The position numbers were made by a program, and so were the translations under genes. Source: Bacteriovoracaceae bacterium (GTDB lineage: Bacteria; Bdellovibrionota; Bacteriovoracia; Bacteriovoracales; Bacteriovoracaceae). Taken from it: DNA of 64,000 nt. The stretch's first letter is position 1. Each line of letters opens with the position of its first letter. Below, in pieces: positions 56,055 through 64,000 of the stretch. The stretch lies in contig OZ242254.1 in assembly GCA_965206965.1 (NCBI GenBank), forward strand, positions 1,619,466 to 1,683,465. Direction: 5' to 3'. The notes beneath the pieces were generated by a model, which worked only from the letters and a program-made list of their open reading frames with translations, searched no databases and was not told the origin of the DNA.

Positions 56055-57209
56055 TCAAGAGAGGAGCTGCTTAATTAAGTTGAGCCCCGTTGTAATGTCT
56101 TCGAGGCGAGAAGCGAAGCATATTCGTAGAAAGCCAGGGGTTCCAAAGTAAGTTCCAGGTAAAAGGGCTACACCTGTTTCTTTTAAGATGTATTCTGCCA
56201 AAGCTTCGTCGTTAGGGATTTTTTGGCTGAAATAGCTTTCAACTTTAGGGAAAAGATAAAAAGCTCCTTGAGGTTTTTCGACCTCGAAGATTTGAGAAGT
56301 GAGCTCAAAAGCTAAGTTTCGACGCTCTTCCATTTTTTGAACCATATGCTTAACGATTTCTTGGCTATTTTCAAGGGCAGCGAGGGCACCATATTGAGCA
56401 AAGGTACAGTTGTTTCCGCTAAGATGGCTCTGTAGTTTATTGACACCCTTAATAATAGGAGGCGAAGCCACCATATAGCCGAGTCGAAAGCCCGTCATGC
56501 AATAGCTTTTAGAAAAGCTTTGAACTGTAATAGTTCTCTGGAAGGTTTCCTCATCAAAGGCGGCAATATTAATATGCTTTGAATTGTCGTAAACGAGGGC
56601 TTCGTAGGCCTCATCAGAGATAATGAGAAAATCTTTCTCTTTAGCTAACTTGGCTAATTCTCTAAGAGACTCTTCATGGTAAATAGCACCTGTGGGGTTG
56701 TTGGGGCTATTGATGAGAATGGCTTTAGTTTTAGGGCTTAAGGCTTTTTTTATATTCTCAATACAGAGCTGGTTTTTAGTGGTGTGAACAAAAACAGGTG
56801 TTCCACCGGCTAGTTTAACGCTCTCGGGAAACGTTACCCAATAGGGAAGGGGAATAATGACTTCATCCCCTGGGTTGATCAGGGTTTGAAAGATATTGTA
56901 GAGGATATGTTTTGAGCCATTGCCGACAAAGACGTGATCTGCGGATATTTTTAAGTTGTGATCGCTTTTGATTTTAGCGGCAATAGCTTCTCGTAGTTCC
57001 TGGATTCCTTCAACGAGAGAATAGCGTGTGCAATCGGCATCGAGGGCTTTTTTTGTAGCTTCTACAATGGCTTGGGGGGTGGGAAAGTCGGCTTCACCTA
57101 CATTTAAGCTAATGATTTTTTTACCTTGCTGGCGAAGGTGCCATAAAACTTCTGCTAGCTTAATGGATCGGCTTTCTTGAATATTGCTGATTCTATTGGC
57201 TAATTCCAT
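56055..57209 (-). CDS. class I pyridoxal-phosphate aminotransferase (aspartate/aromatic type)
   Basis: PLP-Lys motif SFSKSYCMTGFRLGY, plus NSPNNPTG and GFLRICFA. Overlaps the upstream DAHP synthase gene by 17 nt. Confidence 0.85.
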   Translation of the reverse strand: MELANRISNIQESRSIKLAEVLWHLRQQGKKIISLNVGEADFPTPQAIVEATKKALDADCTRYSLVEGIQELREAIAAKIKSDHNLKISADHVFVGNGSKHILYNIFQTLINPGDEVIIPLPYWVTFPESVKLAGGTPVFVHTTKNQLCIENIKKALSPKTKAILINSPNNPTGAIYHEESLRELAKLAKEKDFLIISDEAYEALVYDNSKHINIAAFDEETFQRTITVQSFSKSYCMTGFRLGYMVASPPIIKGVNKLQSHLSGNNCTFAQYGALAALENSQEIVKHMVQKMEERRNLAFELTSQIFEVEKPQGAFYLFPKVESYFSQKIPNDEALAEYILKETGVALLPGTYFGTPGFLRICFASRLEDITTGLNLIKQLLS

Positions 57210-58317
57210 AAGGATTCCTTTCCTCTTGATGAGTGATGGATTTGGCCCTCATTATCTCGGTTTGTTGTTTGACTGATTCCTCGTGAATGACATGATAGAC
57301 TTCTTGAATAAATTCTTTGCGCAAGCCGATCCTTTCGGCTAGTTCTATACGATTTTTTATCATTTGATCCATGCGATGAACTTGAAGGGCGGTGACGTGA
57401 TTTTCCTTTTTGGCTCTTCCAATTTGTTCGACGATGTGAAATCGCATTCGTAAGGCTTCAATGATTTCCTGGTCGAATTGATCAATTTGACGGCGCAACT
57501 CTTCTAGCTCGGCTTCAAAGTTTCGATCTGGACAGTATTCAGTTCGGCAATTGAGTGAATCAATAATTTGGCGAAGTGTATAGGGGGTTATTTGTTGGGC
57601 GGCATCACTCCAAGCTTTTTCTGGTTTGATATGGGTTTCGATCATCAGTCCATCCATGCCGATATCTATGGCCTTTTGGCAGATATTGGCGATTCTATCC
57701 CTTCTTCCCGTGATATGAGATGGGTCGCAAAGAATGGGTAATTGAGGCAGTTGGCGCCTAAGTTCAATGGGAATTCTCCAAAGGGGACGATTGCGGTACT
57801 CTGTTTTTTCATGGGTAGAAAAACCCCTATGGATGGCCATGAGCTTGCGAATACCAGCTCGTTCAATGCGCTCGAGAGCTCCCATCCAAAGGGCCAAGTC
57901 GGCGTTTAATGGGTTTTTCACCATAATGGGAATATTAATACCCTTAAGAGCATCGGCAATTTCTTGGACAGAGAAGGGGCTAACAGTCGTTCTCGCCCCT
58001 ATCCAGAGAATGTCGATATCGTGCTTGAGGGCTTCCTCAACATGGTAAGCGGTAGCGACTTCTGTGGTGGTGAGAAGGCTTGTTGTAGTTTTTACTTTTT
58101 TGAGCCAGGCCAATCCTTTTTTCCCGACCCCCTCAAAAGTGTTGGGGCGAGTGCGTGGTTTCCAAAGTCCGGCCCTAAAAATTCGAACATTTTCAATTTG
58201 AGCTAACTCTTGAGCCGTTTTTAAAACTTGCTCTTCAGTCTCGGCGGAACAGGGACCAGCGATGACTAAAGGTTTTTTCAGGTTAGGGAACCACTGGTGT
58301 AAAGGGGTGATGTTCAT
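57193..58317 (-). CDS. bifunctional DAHP synthase (type I-beta) / chorismate mutase (C-terminal AroQ domain)
   Basis: N-terminal DAHPS/KDO8PS fold motifs (IAGPCSAE, RAGLWKPRT, LCDPSH, GLMIETH). The C-terminal ~90 aa match the AroQ helix pattern (LEELRRQIDQFDQEIIEALRMRFHIVEQIGRAKK...R...E). Confidence 0.8.
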   Translation of the reverse strand: MNITPLHQWFPNLKKPLVIAGPCSAETEEQVLKTAQELAQIENVRIFRAGLWKPRTRPNTFEGVGKKGLAWLKKVKTTTSLLTTTEVATAYHVEEALKHDIDILWIGARTTVSPFSVQEIADALKGINIPIMVKNPLNADLALWMGALERIERAGIRKLMAIHRGFSTHEKTEYRNRPLWRIPIELRRQLPQLPILCDPSHITGRRDRIANICQKAIDIGMDGLMIETHIKPEKAWSDAAQQITPYTLRQIIDSLNCRTEYCPDRNFEAELEELRRQIDQFDQEIIEALRMRFHIVEQIGRAKKENHVTALQVHRMDQMIKNRIELAERIGLRKEFIQEVYHVIHEESVKQQTEIMRAKSITHQEERNPYGISQ

Positions 58318-58526
58318 ATCTTAATAACTCTTTTTTAGAAGAGAGGTGAGGATAATAGGGAAATGACGCAAAGTCTATATTTGAATTCTGAAGCCTTTTT
58401 GCTCGGGCCATACGAAGAATTGAACTGGTGTTGAATTGAATTTGGGCGTTTTTTGAGTAATGAATTTTCTTAAGGTTTATTTGTGGGCATAATGATGCCA
58501 CTCAAACCTTAAATTAGGATAAAATA

Positions 58527-59177
58527 ATGCGATTTGTTGATCAATCTATTGAAGAATATGCTTTAAAAAAATCGACCTTGCCTGGGCCTGTTCCGGCTGA
58601 GTTGGCTCAATTTACTCGCGATCGCGAGGAGATGAGCCGTATGTTGGTGGGCGAGATGGAGGGCTCCTTTTTAGGGTTTTTACTTAGGGCTACTCGAGCA
58701 CAGCGGGTTCTCGAGATTGGAACTTTTACTGGTTATAGCGCCCTGGTGATGGCCGAAAATCTTCCTAAGGAAGGAGAAGTTCACACGATCGATATTGAAC
58801 CTAGAGAGTACACGTCTGGCTTTTGGCAGAAAAGTCCGCATGGTCACAAAATTACCGCCCATATAGGGCAGGCTTTAGAAGTGATCCCAACGCTAGGGGG
58901 GCTTTTTGATATGGTCTTTATTGACGCTGATAAGGTGAATTACGAAAGTTATCTAAAATTGGCACTGGAGCGTCTGACGGTGGGGGGAATGATTGTGGTA
59001 GACAATGTCCTCTGGTCCGGCTTGGTTTTAAAGTCAGAAGAAGAGCTGGGGGAAAGTGAGCACTCGGCTAGGGCCATCAAAAGGCTCAATGATTGGGTGG
59101 CTTCGAGAGATGATCTCTACAGCACTCTCCTTCCCATTCGAGATGGAATCCTACTGATTTGTAAAATGTCCTCTTAA
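58527..59177 (+). CDS. class I SAM-dependent O-methyltransferase (caffeoyl-CoA OMT / YrrM-like family)
   Basis: SAM-binding motif VLEIGTFTGYSAL, FDMVFIDADK and GMIVVDNVLW. Confidence 0.8.
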   Translation: MRFVDQSIEEYALKKSTLPGPVPAELAQFTRDREEMSRMLVGEMEGSFLGFLLRATRAQRVLEIGTFTGYSALVMAENLPKEGEVHTIDIEPREYTSGFWQKSPHGHKITAHIGQALEVIPTLGGLFDMVFIDADKVNYESYLKLALERLTVGGMIVVDNVLWSGLVLKSEEELGESEHSARAIKRLNDWVASRDDLYSTLLPIRDGILLICKMSS

Positions 59178-59188
59178 TTGTTGGGCTT

Positions 59189-60127
59189 TTAAAAGCGATC
59201 GGTGGCTTCGATGAGAGCTTTGGTGATGCCTTTTTCCGAGAGGGAGTGGCCAGCATCGGGGACTATTACAAACTCTGCTTCAGGCCAAGCTTTGTGGAGT
59301 TCCCAGGCTGATTCAGGTGGGCAGACGACGTCGTATCGACCTTGGACGATAATGCCGGGAAGGTGGCGAATTTTAGCGATGTTGTCGAGTAGGTAGTTAT
59401 CGGTTTTAAAAAACCCTCGGTTAATAAAGTAATGGCATTCAATACGGGCGAAAGTCTCGGCAAATTGATCGGCTCCAAAGCTTTCCATTAATTCTTGGCT
59501 TTGAATGAGCCTGGAGGTCGCTGCTTCCCAGACCGACCAACAGCGAGCTGCTTCATGGCGAATTTGAGGGTCAGAGTCAGTCAGGCGCTTGTAATAAGCT
59601 TGGATTAAATTCCCCCTTTCACTCTGAGGAATGGGGGCTAGGTACTTTTCCCAAGCGTCGGGGTACATTCGACTGGCTCCCTCTTGGTAGAACCAATGAA
59701 TTTCTTTTTGTCTAAGCATAAAGATCCCACGCAGAAAAAGAGCACTGACTTTTTTGGGATGGGTTATGGCGTAGCTGAGCGCCAGCGTGGAACCCCAAGA
59801 GCCGCCAAAGATTCCCCATCCGTTTAGGGAGAGGTGGACTCGCAACTTCTCAATGTCTTCAACTAGATCCCAGGTCGTATTTTCGCGAAGTTCGGAAAGT
59901 GGCTGAGAGCGGCCACAGCCTCTTTGATCAAAGAGAATGATACGCCATTTTTGAGGGTCAAAATAGCGTCGGTAATTTTCTATACACCCTCCACCTGGAC
60001 CACCGTGGAGAAAGACAACGGGTTTTCCTTCAGGGTTTCCACACTCTTCGTAATAAAGGGTATGAATTTCGGAAACTTGCAGTTTTCCTGTTCGATAGGG
60101 TTGAATTTTTGGGTAGAGATTGTGCAT
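59189..60127 (-). CDS. pip: prolyl aminopeptidase (proline iminopeptidase, S33)
   Basis: Motif HGGPGGG, nucleophile elbow GGSWGSTLAL and a C-terminal GHS. It is colinear with Pip proteins. Confidence 0.9.
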   Translation of the reverse strand: MHNLYPKIQPYRTGKLQVSEIHTLYYEECGNPEGKPVVFLHGGPGGGCIENYRRYFDPQKWRIILFDQRGCGRSQPLSELRENTTWDLVEDIEKLRVHLSLNGWGIFGGSWGSTLALSYAITHPKKVSALFLRGIFMLRQKEIHWFYQEGASRMYPDAWEKYLAPIPQSERGNLIQAYYKRLTDSDPQIRHEAARCWSVWEAATSRLIQSQELMESFGADQFAETFARIECHYFINRGFFKTDNYLLDNIAKIRHLPGIIVQGRYDVVCPPESAWELHKAWPEAEFVIVPDAGHSLSEKGITKALIEATDRF

Positions 60128-60220
60128 AGAAGCCTTTACCGTTGGGGATTGAGCTTTATACTATGAAACCTCTCTAGGCTTGCCTAGAGTGGGAGCGTCT
60201 AGGCGAGGAGAGGTGAAGTT

Positions 60221-62557
60221 ATGGCTCAGGTGAGGCAAGGTTATATTCTCACATCCCATTGGGAGGATAAGCCTAATGGACATATCATTCGTTTTTTTGG
60301 GCAGGGTTCGGAGGGGCCCTTTGAGCTGGTTATACAAGATCAAAAGCCCGTTCTTTTTGTAGAGAGATCAAGTGAGACGAACTTTTTGAGAACTCCCTTT
60401 GAGAGAAAGCCTGTTGGGTTAAAAAATTTCCAAGCTAAAGATGTCGATGCTCTCTATTTTCAAACGCGCAAGGAGCTTTTTGAGGCTTGTGATGAGTTGA
60501 AGGCTAGAGGAGTGCGCACTTTTGAAAGTGATATATCAACTCCTGAACGCTTTTTGATGGAAAGGTTTATTAAGGGAAGTATTGAATTTATAGGAGATTC
60601 TAGAGGGGAAGAAAAAGGGGTCCACATCTTTGTTAATCCCAAAGTAAGACCAGGGAACTATACTCCCTGCTTATCAACAGCTTCGGTTGATATTGAAACT
60701 TCGAGGAGTAATGATCTTTTTTCGATTGCCACTCATTTTTGTAGAGGAGATGAGGAAGTCCGGCGTGTTTATATGGTGGGAGAGGATCAAGGGTCTCTCA
60801 GTGCAGAAGCACGTGGAGAGCTTTTTTATTTTCCCGATGAAAAGGGTTGCTATGAAGCTTTTTTTAGGGATTTCCATCGACTTGATCCCGACATTCTGAT
60901 TGGCTGGCATGTTGTTGGTTTTGACTTGGCTTTTTTGGAAAGAAAGTGCCGTCATTGGGGGATAGAGTTGGCTCTTGGGCGCAAGCAAAGTAGGGCTGTG
61001 CTGAAAGAGAGAGCCAGCGGACAACAAGTGGCTCGGTTGCGGGGAAGAGTTGTGGTTGATGGTCCACCGGCTCTTCGTGCCGCTTTTTATCAATTTGAGG
61101 ATTTTAAGCTCGACACGGTCGCCTCGGAAGTTTTAGGGGTCTCTAAGGATATCTCTAGTACCGGTCTTGAGAAGATTGCTGAAATTGAGCGCCGCTTTCG
61201 GGAAGATAAGCCCTCTCTAGCGAAATACAACCTGCTCGATTGTGAGCTGGTGACTCAAATTTATGAAAAGGTTGGGTTGCTTGACCTTATTGTTAAACGG
61301 ACTCTTATTTCAGGACTACTTTTTGATAGAGTAGGAGCTTCCGCGGCAGCTTTTGATTTTATTATGCTGCCCCAAATCCATCGTAAGGGTTTTGTTGCCC
61401 CCAACGCTGTAGATGTGGTTCGAGGTGCTCATACGGCCGGTGGTTATGTTTTAGAGCCAAACGTTGGGAATCACGATTATGTGGCTTTGCTCGATTTTAA
61501 AAGTTTATACCCTTCAATTATAAGAACTTTTAAGATTGATCCTTATTCAAGAATGAAAGCAGAATCCAATCCCTTGAGTACACCAGCGGGAATTAGGTTT
61601 TCGAAAACAGACCACATACTCCCTCTTTTCGTTGAAGAGCTCATGGAGAGAAGGGAGGAAGCTAAAAGCCGTGGTGAAACAGACCTCTCCCAAGCCATTA
61701 AAATTTTGATGAATAGCTTTTACGGTGTTATGGGTTCGGCTAATTGCCGTTTTTATCATGCTGATTTGCCAACGGCAATTACCGGAACGGGTCAATGGGT
61801 TTTAAGAGAAGCGGTCGATTTTATTCAAAATGAAGGCTATCAAGTAGTTTACGGAGATACCGATTCTGTTTTTGTTAAGCTGAAAGAAGAAGATCGCACC
61901 CGTTTGTTTGAGAAAGGGGAATCTTTAGCAAAGAGAACGACAGCTCATGTAGCAAAAATTTTAGAGAAGCATTTTCAGGTAGAGTCAAAGCTTGAAATGG
62001 AATTTGAAAAACTTTTTAAAAAATTTTTTCTTCCAGAGGCTCGTCATAGTGATAGAGGGGCTAAAAAGAAATACGCAGGGCTTCTTCTTTTGCCGGGAGG
62101 GAGAGAAGAGTTGTACTTTTCAGGAATGGAATTTGTTCGAAGTGACTGGACATCACTGGCAAAAAAATTTCAGTGGAAACTCTTTGAGCGTTTTTTTCAA
62201 GGACAAGATGTTGAAGATTGTATTAAAGATATTGTGGGTGAGCTCAAAGAGGGACTTCACGACAGTGAACTCGTTTATAAAAAACGCTTAGCCAAAAAAT
62301 TAGAAGAGTACACTAAATCCATCCCTCCTCATGTTAGGGCGGCTAAGAGGTTACAAGAAGAGGGACGCCCCGTAGGGCGGGATATTTATTATGTTATGAC
62401 TCGACGAGGTCCTATACCGGTGGATTTAGATCACTCTGATTTGGATTATCAACACTATATTGACAAACAGATCCGCCCTATTGCTGAAACAGTCTTACTA
62501 GGATTAGGAAAAAATTTTGATAATATTATTATAGGAGATCAGTTGACTCTCTTTTAA
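60221..62557 (+). CDS. polB: DNA polymerase II (family B)
   Basis: Colinear by eye with E. coli Pol II from the first residues (MAQ...GYILT.HW.D). Motifs present: Exo I SVDIET, FKSLYPSIIRTFKIDP, KILMNSFYGV, polymerase motif VVYGDTDSVFV and KKKYAG. Confidence 0.95.
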   Translation: MAQVRQGYILTSHWEDKPNGHIIRFFGQGSEGPFELVIQDQKPVLFVERSSETNFLRTPFERKPVGLKNFQAKDVDALYFQTRKELFEACDELKARGVRTFESDISTPERFLMERFIKGSIEFIGDSRGEEKGVHIFVNPKVRPGNYTPCLSTASVDIETSRSNDLFSIATHFCRGDEEVRRVYMVGEDQGSLSAEARGELFYFPDEKGCYEAFFRDFHRLDPDILIGWHVVGFDLAFLERKCRHWGIELALGRKQSRAVLKERASGQQVARLRGRVVVDGPPALRAAFYQFEDFKLDTVASEVLGVSKDISSTGLEKIAEIERRFREDKPSLAKYNLLDCELVTQIYEKVGLLDLIVKRTLISGLLFDRVGASAAAFDFIMLPQIHRKGFVAPNAVDVVRGAHTAGGYVLEPNVGNHDYVALLDFKSLYPSIIRTFKIDPYSRMKAESNPLSTPAGIRFSKTDHILPLFVEELMERREEAKSRGETDLSQAIKILMNSFYGVMGSANCRFYHADLPTAITGTGQWVLREAVDFIQNEGYQVVYGDTDSVFVKLKEEDRTRLFEKGESLAKRTTAHVAKILEKHFQVESKLEMEFEKLFKKFFLPEARHSDRGAKKKYAGLLLLPGGREELYFSGMEFVRSDWTSLAKKFQWKLFERFFQGQDVEDCIKDIVGELKEGLHDSELVYKKRLAKKLEEYTKSIPPHVRAAKRLQEEGRPVGRDIYYVMTRRGPIPVDLDHSDLDYQHYIDKQIRPIAETVLLGLGKNFDNIIIGDQLTLF

Positions 62558-62619
62558 TATCGTGATTTACGCTTCAAGCTACGTTAGTTGATGGCTTAGC
62601 AGAAAGCGGAAGATGGAGT

Positions 62620-64000
62620 ATGAAAAAGACCCTAACAAATTATTTAGAAGAGATTTCCGAAAAGACATCGGTTTCGGGTCTCTACGCTTTCCGCGGTCAG
62701 GGGAAAGGGGATTGGTTACTTTGTTCAGGGGCTACGCGCCGTTTGCTGAGTCACTATCAGGTTAAGGCCGAGAGCGAAGTGCCCAATTTTCAAACTCGCT
62801 ACATTGATTATCATCGCCATGTGCTAATTGAACCAGCTCGAACCAATGGATGGGGTTTAGAAGAGGGGCGTCGGCTTTCCGATCTTGAGCTCCTCGCTAA
62901 ATTGCAGCACTTTGGAGCGGCGACGGGGTTGCTCGATTTTACTCGCAACCGCTTGGTGGCCTTATGGTTTGCTTGTCATAATGATCGTGATGATGGAAAG
63001 CTCTTTGCTATTAATACTAACAATCCTTTGAGTTTTAAAAATATTACTTATGATCAAACTGAACAGAAAATTTCGGATATTCTCTCTGCCGATTTGGCTG
63101 AGCCATTGTGGTATTGGGAGCCTATTGCTTTTGGCGAAGCGAAAACGAGAATTTTATGTCAGCATAGTCTGTTTGTGATTGGCAGCCGTCCTCTCATTCC
63201 TAAATCCATTGTCCAAGAGATCACTATCGCTAGAGAGGATAAAAGTTCTTTGCTTGAGGAATTAGAGAAGGCTTATGATATTAATGAAGAGTCTCTATTT
63301 AGGGATTTGTATGGTTTTGCTTCGGTCAATCAATCATCTTGTCTTATTCACCACTTTGATTATCCAGTAGATTATTTTCAATTAGGGAATCGAGAGTATC
63401 AAAGAGGTCATCATTGTGAAGCGATTGCTCATTATGACAAAGTTATTGGTCTCGATCCCGATTATTTAGAAGCTTACTTTAACCGAGGTAATGCTAAAGC
63501 GGCTCTGGGCCGGTATCATGATGCGGCAAGGGATTACACGAAGGTGATTGAAGGTGCTGGTTCTAAGGTGACTGAACCTCATAATCGTAAAATTCTTTGG
63601 CAAGCTTATTTTAATAGGGGGAATGCTGAGGCTTCCCTCGGTCACTATCCTGAGGCGATAGCCAACTATGATCAAGTCCTTTCTGATGCAGGGAAAAGTA
63701 AACTTCTCAAAACGACTCGAGGCCATGTTTTCTTTAATCGAGGCAATGCTTATTTTTTTCTTAAGAAGTATTTCGAAGCAATAGACAATTACAACTGTTC
63801 TCTCGATTGTGAATCAATGCCTGCGTACTGGTTTAATCGAGGCAATGCTGAGGTGAAACTGAATCATCTTGAAAAGGCACGGGAAAGCTATCGCTGTGCG
63901 CTTAAGATCAATTCCGAGTTTGACCCTGCTGATAAAAACCGCAGTGTTGTCCGTATGGTTCTTAACGGTAAGAGGGGCAGCTTTGTCGGCAATGCCGGGA
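62620..64000 (+). CDS. FRG-domain protein fused to C-terminal TPR repeats (3' end off-window)
   Basis: My own translation from the ATG at 62620 reads MKKTLTNYLEEISEKTSVSGLYAFRGQGKGDW...LAKLQHFGAATGLLDFTRNRLVALWFA, which carries the FRG motif and the QH.G..T.LLD.T motif. From ~63400 there are at least five TPR units with a recurring FNRGNA core. The frame is open to the window end, so it is absent from the ORF track. Confidence 0.8.
   Translation, partial: MKKTLTNYLEEISEKTSVSGLYAFRGQGKGDWLLCSGATRRLLSHYQVKAESEVPNFQTRYIDYHRHVLIEPARTNGWGLEEGRRLSDLELLAKLQHFGAATGLLDFTRNRLVALWFACHNDRDDGKLFAINTNNPLSFKNITYDQTEQKISDILSADLAEPLWYWEPIAFGEAKTRILCQHSLFVIGSRPLIPKSIVQEITIAREDKSSLLEELEKAYDINEESLFRDLYGFASVNQSSCLIHHFDYPVDYFQLGNREYQRGHHCEAIAHYDKVIGLDPDYLEAYFNRGNAKAALGRYHDAARDYTKVIEGAGSKVTEPHNRKILWQAYFNRGNAEASLGHYPEAIANYDQVLSDAGKSKLLKTTRGHVFFNRGNAYFFLKKYFEAIDNYNCSLDCESMPAYWFNRGNAEVKLNHLEKARESYRCALKINSEFDPADKNRSVVRMVLNGKRGSFVGNAG

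Noticed and set aside
58283-58501. 72-aa minus-strand ORF in the divergent intergenic region between the DAHP synthase gene and the methyltransferase gene.
   Set aside because: It overlaps the DAHP synthase start region, has no RBS and no motif. The region is more plausibly promoter space for the two divergent genes.
1334-61795. Numerous 60-150-aa ORFs nested antisense or out of frame inside long genes. Examples are 1334-1549, 3840-4166, 5770-6213, 8962-9233, 33952-34287, 35648-35956, 50778-51182, 51417-51848, 57767-58206, 60674-61093 and 63466-63726.
   Set aside because: Each is fully contained in a longer ORF that has recognisable conserved motifs on the other strand or in another frame. 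None has a convincing RBS or recognisable motif. I treat them as translation-track noise.
60221-62557. Family B polymerase as a marker of a mobile element (pipolin or casposon) or a defence island.
   Set aside because: The protein is colinear with chromosomal E. coli-type Pol II, including the exonuclease and YGDTDS motifs. There is no adjacent integrase, Cas1, terminal repeat or tRNA target in the window.
1-64000. A search by eye for CRISPR arrays, long direct or inverted repeats, IS elements, integrases, rRNA and toxin-antitoxin pairs.
   Set aside because: I saw no regularly spaced repeats, transposase/integrase-like ORFs or rRNA-like segments. Short A/T homopolymer runs and Lys-rich coding repeats reflect the base composition rather than distinct elements.

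Overview
This 64 kb window is AT-rich and densely coded, and it looks like a core chromosomal segment of a Gram-negative bacterium. Gene content suggests a Bdellovibrio-like predator: an FHA-GGDEF cyclase of the DgcB type, several secreted proteases, a nucleoside-scavenging cluster and MotAB stators. That lineage call is inference only.

I support about 59 protein-coding genes. Two are cut by the window edges and so are absent from the complete-ORF track: mutL at the left edge and an FRG-TPR gene at the right edge.

Recognisable blocks, in order:
- mutL, FHA-GGDEF cyclase, pgi, two acyl-CoA dehydrogenases
- rlmN, sppA, lapB
- tolQ-tolR-tolA-tolB
- a GAF/AAA+/Fis regulator and a SAMHD1-like HD protein
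- ftsE, ftsX, envC-like gene, S41 protease, then xseA, an M23 peptidase, a HisKA protein and crcB
- an exonuclease
- purine and pyrimidine nucleoside phosphorylases plus nupC
- RNase G and an Hpt protein
- a three-gene exported cluster ending in a large S8 subtilase
- a fused S6-S18 gene, a DUF2232-like gene, rplI, dnaB and a pabB-like gene
- motA, motB
- an RluA-family synthase, a WYL-like protein, an aminotransferase with a DAHP synthase-chorismate mutase fusion, an O-methyltransferase, pip and polB

I found no rRNA, tRNA, CRISPR array, transposase or integrase.

The most noteworthy items are:
- the uncharacterised exported lipoprotein / ~1050-aa protein / subtilase module at 37.9-45.0 kb
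- an in-frame ribosomal protein S6-S18 fusion
- an enhancer-binding-protein homologue with degenerate Walker B and GAFTGA motifs
- a HisKA protein lacking kinase boxes
- an FRG-TPR fusion protein beside polB

All functional calls rest on motif recognition by eye. No database search or computation was run. Start codons are frequently ambiguous because TTG and GTG starts are common here.
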